Source: the human T2T-CHM13v2.0 reference genome, Homo sapiens
DNA length: 64,000 nt
NCBI RefSeq assembly: GCF_009914755.1
Contig: NC_060930.1
Direction: 5' to 3' (one strand)
The notes under the pieces are model-generated. The model searched no databases. It was given only the letters and a program-made list of their open reading frames with translations, and was not told the origin of the DNA. The number at the start of each line of letters is the position of its first letter. The first letter of the stretch is position 1. Positions 26,501-38,763 of the stretch are shown here, in pieces. Position numbers and translations under genes: made by a program.

Positions 26501-27064
26501 AATTTGTGCTGGGTCGAAACTATTACAAAGCTCAGATGGAGGCTTTCTTTTACCTGTGGTCCTTCCACTGATAATTCCACTGTCAGTCCTCCCCAAGGAT
26601 CCCTGTGAGATAAAGTCAGAAATGGTTTCCCTAGGCATCCCTGGGGACCAGGAGTGCCTACAGGGCTCTTCCTGCTGCTTCTACCTTTATATTTTGCTCA
26701 GCTCTCTAAATTTGTTTCAGTCCTACATATGGTTAAATCCTTCTCCCATGATCTGAATTTTCAGGTTCCCCAGTGAGGATATGTGTTCAGAAGTGTGAAA
26801 ACTTTCCCCCCTTTTCACACTTGGAGCACTTACAGTTTTTCAGCTGTCACACAGAGTTTACAGCGGCAAGTGGCTTCTTTCAAAGGATCTGTGACTTACT
26901 TCAGTTTTTCTGATATGTTCCTGCAGTAGTTCTTGAAGCAAAAGTTCATGATATGAGTCTTCATGTGCTGTTCTGCCTGTCTGAGTGGGAACTGCAAGTT
27001 AGACCTGCCTCCTAACCGCCATTTTTCCTCTCCAAGAAGTCTACTTTAAATATAAAGCTTTAAC

Positions 27065-28410
27065 CCTGTTGTGTTGGATTAGAATCAGAGTAAACTCATG
27101 CTTTCACAGATAGATACATACATACACTTACATAGATCCATATTTATGTGTGTGTATGCATGGATTAGTATGCATGCAGGTATTTGTGAGCTCTGTTCAC
27201 TGAGAGGGCCTGAAAACAATGACACAGTTGCCACAAGCATACTTACACCTATATCTTGGCTTCTAAATATTATTCTCCAATATAAGGAACCAGATCTCCT
27301 TTGTGAAGTGTTTGATACCAGGCTATGAGCAGGGAAAATGCAAGATGAAACCTGGAATATTACGTGGCATCAGGACATAAGTATATGCACAGTAAAGGAT
27401 GAGAACACGTGAAAAAGGCACAGTAGCTATTCTGAAAGAGCACCTATTAGCTAACGGTAGAATAATGTCAACAGCACAATAAATCATAAAAGTATTGGAT
27501 TAAATTCCATAAAATAAATGTTCATGAGATCATAGTGATATCAATTAACTTTTTAATAAATAAATAAATTGGGGATATGGGAGAGTCATTCCTTACAGAA
27601 AAATTTCAATGGTTAAATCTAGAATGAATAAGAGAAATATAAAACCTTCATTAGAAAATCACCATATTGATTGTTGTAGGCAAGGTCCAGCTATGAATAT
27701 TAATATCCGTGAGTGAAAATTTGAAGAGAAACAGGATGTTTGCACAGTCTCAAAGTATCTCCCTCAACATAGTTATTAATTACAGAGAAATCTAGTAACT
27801 GTACAGTAGAAAAACAGAGTTGACATTATCTTAACCAACTGATCAAAGATAACATCAACAGTGTTATGATATATTAACTTCATGTACTCTTTGTATAACA
27901 CTGTGAGAATGGCATAACTCTTCTGTGGTATACATGTCAAAAATTCACAATCTCAACCTAATTGTGAAAGCACATCAGACAAACCCAAACTGAGGGACAT
28001 CTATAAAATAATTGGCCTGTTCTCTTTAAAAGCATGAAAGCAAGGAAAGACTGAGGAATGTACAAAGATTAAAGGATACTAAGGAGACATGACAACTGAA
28101 GACATGACCTGCATCAGACTCTCAAACAGAAAATGATGTATAGAAAAGATGGGCAAAACCTGCAAAATGTGTAAGTTTTTTCAGTATGATTGTACAAATG
28201 TTAACTTCTCTATTAATTTTCCAATAGTTATGTGTCATGTCTGTTCACCTGACAACTTCACTGCTAGCACAATCCGGATTCCAGAAAACCAGTGCACTAA
28301 ACAACATTGGGGGATGCTGGGAGAAGGTTGTAAGGCAGCCCTCTGCAAAACCTTTGTAATTTTTCTGTAAGTCTGGAATTATTTCAGTATTAGAAGTTTA
28401 AATAAACCCC
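27065..28410 (+). mobile_element. L1MC3/L1MD-type 3' end
   Basis: 'ctctgttcactgagagggcctgaaaacaatgacac...ttctaaatattattctccaatataaggaaccag'; ends 'ttctgtaagtctggaattatttca..tagaagttt'. Confidence 0.75.
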
Positions 28411-30140
28411 TAAAAAAAGTAGTAAAAATTTCATTAGACTGAAAAGTATAAAAAATAGCATTTACAAAATAATTTAAATTGAGTATTTTAGGAAGCTTCT
28501 TAGAGACTCTGACCTACAGGGAGCTGAGAGCTAACCAGTTAACTATCTGTAACACAAGACTCCTCACCAAAATTACTTTCAATTTCTGTTGAAGACCACA
28601 CAGAATCAGCCTAAGAACTAATGGAATTCTACAATAAGCATGAACGTGGCTCGCAACAACATATTTTCCTTTGTAATCACCATCCTGTCCTTCGAAATCT
28701 CCGAAGTCATATCTCATTATTTCCTGCTTGCTAGTCCATGATTTTGACTTGGTTTTATTGCTACTTTATATACACTATCTTTTTCATCTCACAGTTCATG
28801 CTTCACTTCCCACTCCAAACACATAAGCATTGGCTTCAATTTGACTTCTTGCTCCACTACTTTTCCTCTGCCACAGGTCATACAGTAAGGGAAACTTGAA
28901 ATGACAATAAAGTATATAGGCTCATATCACTACAAATGAAAGGAGTTGGAAATTGGAGAAATTGAGATAAACTTTAAGGTGAAATTTTAGGCTAAAGAAG
29001 AACAAAACAAATATAAAACAACAAAAAAAGGAGAAAGAAAATGTATAGATAATAAGATTCGGTAATCGCATCAGAGAATGGTACAATCTTCTCATTTCAC
29101 AAAGGAGTATTTAGAAACCTAGAAACTTTCACAAGGTCCCATAGAAACTAAACACCAAGTCTTTTTACTTCTAAATTGGTTTCCCACTGCCTATCACACA
29201 CTAGCTCAGTGTGATGAAGAAAATGACCATCATGTGAGATATCAAGTAGAAAATTAATAATAACTAAAAAAGTAGATTATAAAAAGATTTGAATGTCAGG
29301 CTTAAAACTTTATATTGAATTTTACTTAGGTAATAATTCATTTTTGTAATTATAGTTTTTAATATCCAAGAGTCTCAAACACACTTTTCTCTAGGTCCCA
29401 GATTTTTGTATCTCTTAAGTGGCCATAGCAATATCCAGGTATGGTTTATTTTGTATACAGTAAATCTGTATATAAGCTTCCAAAAAATGTCAGCCATTAT
29501 TATTATTGTTGTTATTATTTTATGGTTTCTATAATATTTTAATATTACATGTTAATGTTTAATGAAAGGGTTTTAGTTGTCTTCCTTTCTCTATTTCATT
29601 CATATGTTTTATATTTTACTACTTACTATTTTTTTGTGTTTAAGAAAACATAGGGGTAAAAAGCAAGTTTTATGAGAACAGGGAGGTTGCTTTACTCATG
29701 ACCCACTATAATGGATTTTGGGCAAATTATTAAAGAGTAATGAAAAGCTCCGTGAAAATATACAAGTCAAATTAAGATGTAAGTCTTTCACTTGAATGCT
29801 CCAATATATCATAAAAGAAGATGGTACACTGATGAAATTTAGTACAGACAAAGCAAAAGTTTTCAGGGAAGACCTTCATATTGTCATTTGTTGGGTATGA
29901 GGATAAATATGCAATGAAAAATCCTTAGAGATAAGATAATCGAGTGTAAGAAACTGATAGGCAAACAGTAAGTTTCTGTTAATATAGCACACCTGACTTA
30001 GTTATGACTTTTGGAAAAGTCTTTAAATGAATTTATGCTCAGTGCCTCTTTGGCAATGTTGTCACACATGTTCAAGTCAATAACTTAACCAGAACTTATT
30101 GAATGCCTACCACTTGTAAAAAACCTGAATTAAATAGTTT

Positions 30141-30472
30141 TGTTATGGACTGAAAGTGTCACTCAAAATTAATGTATTAGAAAATGTATCCCCAATGCAA
30201 CAGTGTTGGGAGGTGGGACCTTTGGGAAGTGCTTTGGTGATGAAGGTTCCACCCTCAGAAATGGAGTAACGCCATTATAAAAAGGGCTTGGAGAAGTGGG
30301 GTTGCTCTCTTCTGCTCTTCTACCATGTGAGGACAGAGCACGAAAGCCCTCATTAGATATCAGTGCCTTGGTCTACTTCCTAGCCTTCAGAACTGTGAGA
30401 AATAAATTTCTGTTACTTATAAATTATCCATTCTGTGGCAATTTGTTATAACAACACAAATAGACTAAGACA
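30141..30472 (+). mobile_element. MSTC/MSTD-type MaLR solo LTR
   Basis: TGTTATGGACTGAA...'ccccaatgcaacagtgttgggaggtggg'...'cagaactgtgagaaataaatttctgtt'...GACTAAGACA. Confidence 0.85.
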
Positions 30473-32383
30473 GGGCTCTACTAAGGAAATTCAACTTGAT
30501 ACAAGTTGTGAGGGTAAAAGTGATGGGCATCCTATGTTTAAATTAATATATATAGATAGGCAGTTTTATCATACCTATATGTACTCATGGCCCCAAAGAC
30601 GGTATTAAGATTTGTTTGTAAAGAGGCATTCAGCTGTATGCTAATAACATTTTGATTAACTTTGAAGTTAAGGTAACTTTTCAAACAGAATTTGATAGTA
30701 ACCAGGAAAAAAGAATTAATAAAAAATGAACTAAAATATTGTAGTGACAAAATTTAAAATGAATTGCAGCTGTGGTCATGAAAAAAATGTATGATCATTA
30801 AATGAATAATTTTCTTCTTCTATCACTAGCACACTAAAATATATTCAAAATATTTACAGGGAAATACACTGTGAAATAGTTGGTTTAAATATTAAACTAA
30901 CAAATCTTTTAATGTATTAGCTTTGAGTGTCAAAATTTATGTTTATTAACCTGTGGTGACTACGAATAAACTGCTTTCAAGTAAATTGTTTTTCACAGAA
31001 CAGAAAAATAAATCCTTAACAATAGTAATGGATCTTTACTTCCTCATTTATAAATACCTGACAGGAAAAATTGTTGCATCACTGATTAATTACTGAATTA
31101 ACAAACAGTCATTCTAGAAAATTTCAGATAAAAACAAAATAAACACACAACAGATTAAGCAAAAAGATAACAATATCTGTTCACTAACATTAATTTCATT
31201 TAAAGAAAATGAAATTCTTCCTAGAAGAAAATCATTACTCAGAGTCTTTAATCAAGAGACAAATAATTGACTACTTTTTTTTTCTTTTTGATTCATTAAA
31301 TAGGAAGCTTCCCAGATAGGAATCCATTTATATATTAACTCTTTAAACTCTTCAACAATTCATAAATATTTGTTAATATTCCTTTGAAATTACTTATCTA
31401 CAAGGTATTACACTTAAGCATTTCATTAGAATTAGTTTGTAAGAATAGCTAACTGCAGTGATATGTCTCAGTCAATAATACTACCAATGGCTTCAAATTT
31501 ATTAAAAGAGGACAAAGACTCTATTATACATGCAGAATAATACTCTCACATTTGACTTCCTGCTAGCATCTTCTTCTGTTTGATCCTGTCCTTACAAGTC
31601 TGTAATCATCAAGTTTCAGGCAGCCAGTTCTTTAATGTGAAAATTGAAATAGGCTGAAAAGATTATTTCCAAAAGCAGGTAACACAGGATTGTGCCCTGC
31701 AGTGCTGTATGATACAATTCAGAGAGAGTTGTATTGCCACTTAAATTGTGGACATATGGAATGGGATCAAAACAGGCCAGCAGGCATTGTGGGACAGCTG
31801 CCAAGGAAGTCTTACAGAGAAGTGTTTCATTGTCACCTTCACTTCATGGAGATAAAAGGTTAACAATGAGCAAGTGATTCATTCTGTTGATGATTACAGA
31901 AAGTAAGATGAGCTTCTAGAGGGAAGTTATAAAAAGAGTAACCAGGAAGTTTTAAGTGGCACATTGCTAATTTGCAGATTTTTTCCCTCCTAAATTTCAT
32001 TAGAGATGGCATCATTGTGAGAAATGTGTTGGTATAAGAAGTTACAGGTGACTGAATACAGAACACAAGATGCTCAATTGCTCTCTGTGTTAATATGGGC
32101 TGATCAGATCATGGCCTTCAACAGAGAGGCACCAGCTTTTTTGGTCTGGTCATTTTAAATGGTACTTAGATGTCAGCACAAAGCCATGAAAGCAGTGAAG
32201 GGCCACATGCTGCCAAGAGCAACAATTTTCAGTTGCAGTTTCCTTTAAAACAATTGTTTACATATAAATGTCAGCACATGTGCTTAGTAAGGTCTCTTAA
32301 TTTGATTTCTTTTGAACATACTTTTCAGCCCATTGAAAATTATTTTAAATACGAATCTAAGGGTTATATTTTTTCTTATTTTA

Positions 32384-32534
32384 GACGAGTTAGTGGGTGC
32401 AGCGCACCAGCATGGCACATGTATACATATGTAACTAACCTGCACAATGTGCACATGTACCCTAAAACTTAAAGTATAATAAAAAATAAAAATAAAATAA
32501 AAAAATAAAAATAAAATAAAATTCTAAAAAAAAA
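32384..32534 (+). mobile_element. very short young L1 3' end (L1PA2 or non-Ta L1HS type) with A-rich tail
   Basis: GACGAGTTAGTGGGTGCAGCGCACCAGCATGG...CTGCACAATGTGCACATGTACCCTAAAACTTAAAGTATAAT, with both CpGs intact. Has GAG rather than the Ta-diagnostic ACA. Confidence 0.93.
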
Positions 32535-33168
32535 GAAGAGGTTATAAATATCAAGTGTGACTATGAAAGATAATTTAAAATATTGAATATATATATAACA
32601 TTTAAGAGTAGAAAAAAATTAAAGGTTGCATTCTAGGTAAAATGTCAGAGTGAAGATGGATCACAAAATTCTCAATGACAAAAACAAAAAGCAAGAAAGA
32701 AAAAAGAATTTTAATAGTGAACAAACAATTCATCAACAATGAACTAGGAATGGTGAAAAATCTTATACATAATCTGTGATATGGCTTAGTGTGACTTCTG
32801 TTCCTACTCTCAAATCCCAGAAGGAGTGCAGAGTAGAAAATAATCCCACTTTATCACTCTAGCACTATTTCAATAGGAACAGATTCAGGGTTGAATAATT
32901 ATAATATTGGTGACTATAAGGGTTTCCTTGAAAACATAATGGTCCTAAGTCCTAATTTACATTATAGAATGTAAATCAATCTCTTCTGTTCCTGGATAAA
33001 CCTCATCTCCAGTTATAAAATGCAGAGATATCTCCAAAATCATGGACCTTATCAGCCCTGCAAATGTAATCACATACCTCCACAGTTAACCTAGGAGTCT
33101 GTCTCCTGAAATAACCATGTGTTTCCTACAGAGATGAGTTTTATGCGTCTTTTGTTTGGTTTGCTGTA

Positions 33169-33537
33169 CATATTAGTTTGTTCTTGCAGTGCTATAAAGA
33201 ACTGCCCTGATACTGAGTTATTTATAAAGGAAAGAGTTTAATTGACTCACAGTTCCACATGGCTGGGGAGGCGTCAGAAAAAATCATGTCAGAAGGAGAA
33301 ACAGGCACATCATACATGGCAGCATGGCAGGGAGATTGTGTGTGTAGGAGGAATTGTAAAAACACTTAATACCATCAGATCTCATGAGAACTCACTCACT
33401 ATCACAAAAAGAGCATGGGGAAAACTGCACCCATGATACATTCACCTACCACCAGGTCTCTCCCTCAATATATGGGGATTATGAAGATTACAATTCAGGA
33501 TGAGATTAGGGTGGGAACACAAAGCTAAACCATATCA
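33169..33537 (-). mobile_element. THE1 (THE1D-like) MaLR solo LTR
   Basis: 'tttaattgactcacagttccacatggctggggagg...catcagatctcatgagaactcactcactatca...aaaccatatca'. Confidence 0.9.
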
Positions 33538-33744
33538 TTGAATAAATGAAATGTGAAATTTCATCCTGTCATTTTAGCCTCCTGTAGGCTACATACAAAT
33601 ACATTGATTTTTCTTTCATCCCGTTTGATTACAAAAAGATCTGTCTCTGTTGGCAGGACTTTTATTTCCTCAACTGATAAAATAACTAATTCTCACTTTG
33701 TATTTCCTGTATTGACACGTTCAGCTTTGTTATGGAAAATGAAT

Positions 33745-33872
33745 AAATGCTATTGTTATTCTAATTTTAAAGATGAAGAAACAGTCAAGGGAAGGCAAAA
33801 AGAGTTGCCCCAAATAGTGCAGCTAAGGAATGAAGGAAGGACTGGAATTAAAAACAAATATTCTGACCTCTG
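33745..33872 (-). mobile_element. MIR fragment
   Basis: 'attctaattttaaagatgaagaaacag...ttgccccaaatagtgcagctaagg...ctggaatt...ctgac'. Confidence 0.65.
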
Positions 33873-34199
33873 TCACCAAGAATCTCAGAAGATAACAACA
33901 ACAACAAACACAAGACGAGATCTGACCATAGTTCAGAACTCCCGCTTAACCAGGAAGGCAACGAGACATGCGAGGAGAGTCCTCCAGGAGTAAATTACTT
34001 AGACAAAAAAGTGGACCTGAAAAAGAGAAATCTAAAACAGAGAGTAGATTCTTCAAGTAAGAATGGCAAAAGACTGCTGAGATTTTTCTACTCACTGTCT
34101 TTACCCTCAGGCTCCCAAAAAGTAGATAGGACACAATCCTCAATCCCTAGCTTAGTTAGGAAGACAAGTAAACAAAAATTAGAGATAGTATCACTGAGA

Positions 34200-35045
34200 C
34201 TTTATCATCATTAAATTAGACAAAATGGATGGATGAATCTTTCCCATGAAATATGAGCAAAATGAAAAAATAAAATGACATAGAAACCACACATACCAAA
34301 ACAATTTGAGAGAAGAAGATATAACATGCAAAAGACCTGTCAAGAAGCCATCCTAAAAGAAAACAGTCATAAAAATGGGAAAGTGGAATCCTGTGTAGAT
34401 GTTTGCTCTAGAAAAGCACTTACAAAGTCAGTGAATGTTATGAAGGACTCATACGTAAGTTAATAAAGTAACAGACAGCAATGAAAATAGAAACTGTTGA
34501 GTTAATCAGTGTACCCTTACAAAAATAATAAGTAAATGTAAATTGACAACACATACTGATTATAGACAAAGTCAAATAATTTCTGGAATAAAAGAAATGT
34601 GAAATAATTACAATAAATAAGTTAAAAAAGGCAAAAATGATCCAACATAAAGATTATTGTTCCTAAATTTAAGAAACCAAAAAATAGATCATAAAAACTC
34701 CAGAATCACTGAACCATATTTAGAAAATAAAAATTTCTCTAAAATGAGGGAAAAAAACCTGAAAGTATGAATCAAATAGGCTCACTGCTAATAGCTAACT
34801 CTAATATAGCTAATGCTAACTACTATAATGCTTATGTGGAAAGATAGACACTGAGACATGCTTTCTTTAAGTTATTGGATTCCAGTGATTAAAAAAATTC
34901 TTCATAAATTCAGGCAGGAAAATATAAGTCACATAGAAGATAAAAATCAATTAGAATAAGTTGCTTAAGTCTTTGATATACCAAAATTTAGTAACAAAAG
35001 ACATTAAAGCAGTATCTACAAAATTCTGAGAAAAAACAACTCTAC
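34200..35045 (+). mobile_element. ancient HAL1 or L1 ORF1-like fragment
   Basis: A-rich strand with degenerate ORF1 C-terminal segments ('aagttattggattc..aaaaaattcttca..caggcaggaaaa..aagtcac', 'tctacaaaattctgagaaaaa'). Confidence 0.45.
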
Positions 35046-35074
35046 CTCGTCTCCTTTTTTTTAACCCCTAAATA

Positions 35075-35465
35075 TGTATAGACCTTGCTTTGTGTATAGG
35101 CCCAAAATTTGTTTTCTAAAAGGAATGTTTTGTAATTCAAAATTTGCCAGATTTTAGAAAGATTATATGATATAATCTTATGACATACAATTATATCTAT
35201 ATTATTATTACATAAGCTTGTCAGTAGGCTAAGATCACATAATGACTTATCACATACATTAATATTTTTTCAGAAAAGCTTATTAATATTCACACTCAGA
35301 GAGTAAGTATATATTATAAATAGCTTTTCATCAGTTTATGTCAGAATATGCTGCCAAATAATATTGGTTTAAAATTACAGAAACACATAAACACAAACAC
35401 ACCTTTTAATTTTTGAACTTTTTGAATTTCAGAATTATTAAGGATGACAGATATATATGTCTCAA
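35075..35465. mobile_element. MER46C-like TcMar-Tigger DNA transposon relic
   Basis: 'tgctgccaaat...aactttttgaatttcagaatt..taaggat' resembles the MER46C end. Very degenerate. Confidence 0.4.
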
Positions 35466-35799
35466 CCTGATAATTAAGGGCCCTGTAAATTGTGTTTAAA
35501 AAATTATAGATGGCAAAATACAACCAATAAAAAAGTGAATTAAATAATTCATGAAAGTCAAAGGCAACTACGGTAAAAGAATTAGAGGAAAACATAAAAT
35601 ACATTAGAATATAAAAATAGAATTGTAGAAATGGGTACTGTAGCACAAGAAAGATGATAAATTTTATAGGCCTTAATAATATAAAATTAGAATTATCTAA
35701 CTATATAATTATGAGACAGATAAAACTATGGAAGAAAAGAAAAGAAGGAAAGATGGAAGGAAGGAAAGAAAATGAACTCAAGCTTACCATTATAATATA

Positions 35800-37925
35800 A
35801 AATAAAATAAAATTGTAGGAATAGTGAAAACACATTAGCAATCAAAATAATGTAAATATGCTCACATAAACATATTAAGTTTTCCTATTAAAAGAGAATA
35901 CATTTACACATTGGTTTGGAAACATATCTAGCTATGTGTTATTAGCAAGATAAAACATCTAATAAGACCAAAACACAATCTACAACTGTACATCAACTAC
36001 ATAACTACATACATAACATACATCAACAGAGTGAGACTAATCATCCAGGATTTTCAAAAAGATATACCAGGAAAAAGGTAATGAGGAGTTATTCAGATTT
36101 CAGAATATTAAAAAATAGAAAAATAAACTTCAAAGCCAAATGTGTTAAAGTAAATAAAGAATAATATACCACTCGGATAAAAGTTAATTATCTGTTTCTG
36201 TCAGTCTATATATTTACCACCCATATACATTTTAATTTTCTAATTGTTCATAGAGAGTGTCTGGGGTAATGTTCACCTAATGTTAACTTAACGCTTATTT
36301 ACAAGTAGTAGAATATTTCACGTTGATTCACAAAGATCTGGTAAAACAAATCTTTATATAACCTAACAAAGCATCACCTAAAAACACAGCTTAAATATTT
36401 AAAGTGAAAATGGAATAAATTAAGAGGTGAAATTTTATGATTCAAAATAATAATAGAAGATTTAAAAAATATTCTTTCAGGAAATCACGATGTTGAGACA
36501 AAACTTAAGTTACAATGCATAGATATAGAAGTAAAAATAGAGATAGATGGAGATACAGAGATACATATTTCCTTGTATGCCTTAAATACAAAATACACAT
36601 TGTTTTAAAATTCACTTGAGCTATTCACTTAATGTGACCACTTAGTAAACCAGAAGAAAATTTCTACAATTTTCAAAATGCAAAATTCACAAAAATCACA
36701 TTTACTTCCCACAAACAATACAATTAGAAATAAAACAAAAGTAAATTTTAAAAAACTTTGTCCACTTGAAAAATTTAAAACTGTCTTTTAAATAGCTCTT
36801 GTGTTCAAGAGTCAATCAAAGTAGAAGTTAAAATTGAAAACAAATTTCTATGACTACCCTACATATTAAATCCAACAAACAGGGAAAAAAGATAGGTAGA
36901 GCATCAATACATTTGTGGAAATGCAAGAAAGCTTTAAAATAATTGAACAAAAATTTCTTACTTAATAAACTAGGAGAATACCAATGAAAGAAACACAAAG
37001 ATGGTATAACACAAATAGTAAAGAAAAATGAGGACAGAAATTAATGAATTAATTAGAGTTGATTAAGAAATAAAAAGCTGATCTTAAATAATACGTATAA
37101 ATAAATGGTTTGGCAAAGCTTATCAAGAAAAAAAAGAGACCACAAATGTACACTATTAAGAACAAGAAAAGCATAAATGCTTATAGAACAGAATTTTGTT
37201 TGTTTTCATTTATTTTTAATTGTAATATACATGATATGGAATTTTATACCAATAAAGTTGAATGTCTAAATGAGAAATATGATTTTTTTAAATGTTCATA
37301 AAAATTCAGCTCAAGAAAAATTGGAAACTTGAGCAGTAATATAGAAGAAAGTGAAAACATTGCTGCATTCACCTAAAATAGGAGCATCAGCCCGAGGTGT
37401 TCAACAGTGAGGACTACCAATCAGTCCTTTGCTTTCCAATAAACTGCGTTAGAGCAGGAAAAAGAGGAAAATGTCCCCAGTTAATTAAGAACAGCATGAC
37501 TATGGTTCCAAGAATGACATAAAAGCAAAAGTTACAGGCTAATCTCACTTGAAAAGACAGAATGTACTAACTGAATTATGATAAAGTATGAAAAGATTCG
37601 ATCTAGCTATACCATGTATAATGAAGGAACAACACATCATGAACTGTAGGTTTTATATGAGAAATGTAACAATCGTTGAACATCAAAAAAGTTGTTAATG
37701 TAATTAATAAGACTTACAAATAAAAGAGAAAAGTATTTCAAAAAGACTAATAAAGTTTAAAGTACATTTAAAACAATAGAACAGTTCACTAAGGCCTGGC
37801 TAAGGAGAATTCTCTAGCTTGATAAATGGTACATAAAAAAGCCTTAGCAGACATATAAATTAATGTTAAAATTATAGAATCTTTACCATTACATGCAGAA
37901 TAGACACTGTTATTGTTTGAATTTT
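35800..37925 (+). mobile_element. ancient L1M ORF2 relic
   Basis: Degenerate ORF2 segments in order, e.g. 'aaatacacattgtttt', 'attttataccaataaagttgaa', 'tacaggctaatctcact', 'tctagcttgataaatgg'. Confidence 0.6.
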
Positions 37926-38763
37926 TGTGGAAGACATACTTTTCTTATAATTAAAATAAATTTTTAAAACCTGATTTATAAAATTATTACAGAATAGAAA
38001 AAGTAAAAAGGCACCAATATTAACATTGATTGCTTTCCTTTCTGTTACCATGGTTAGAATAGGGTAATTGTTTACTTGATTATTAAGAATAAAAGACTTT
38101 AATAACTGTAAGTCAATACTTTTCCATTATTTAAAACAAGCAACATTAAATAATTGAATTTTAAAATAGCCATATTAAATTTTTATGTTTGAGAAAATTA
38201 CAAAATTGGAAATAAGAGTGTCCAAGTTTACCCATTAATAATAATAGATATTTTCTCTACCCATATGTGCTAATCTCTGGAGGAGAGAAGAAAATGAGGA
38301 ATATAAAGTAGATTAAAAAATTGAGGCATGGAGAGATTACACAACATGCATGAAGACATACAGTTAACATATGCCAAAGCTAGTGTTGGCCTCAAAGCTC
38401 ATTCACAAAGTTAAGACTTTTGTGCTTGTTATCAACTCTTATGTTGTTAGAAAAGTAATTTAATCATTTGGTTTTTAAAAATTTCCTTTGTTTTATTTCT
38501 AATTTCAAAAAGAGTGTGTGTTAATAGATTAATGTAGATGTTCTTTATTTATATTCTAAATCCCTGGTACATCATTTTTTACTAAGAATGTCCCCCCCCC
38601 CCAAAAAAAAATGAACATCAGTATACTTTTGTGAAGTGTTATGTTCCTTTTTTCCTCATCCAACTTGTTTTATCTTGGCTGGTTGTTTTTAATTGTGAAA
38701 ACCATCATAGCTAATGTATAATTCCCTTCTTCTTAGTCTGAAGTAATTTTGGTTATTATAAAG

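Noticed and set aside
26152-26756. GC-richer overlapping ORFs (139, 101, 91 aa)
   Set aside because: They lie within the L1PB1 5'UTR and encode no recognisable protein.
33553-34214. 146-aa and 67-aa plus-strand ORFs
   Set aside because: They run through a MIR and degenerate A-rich sequence, with no recognisable domain.
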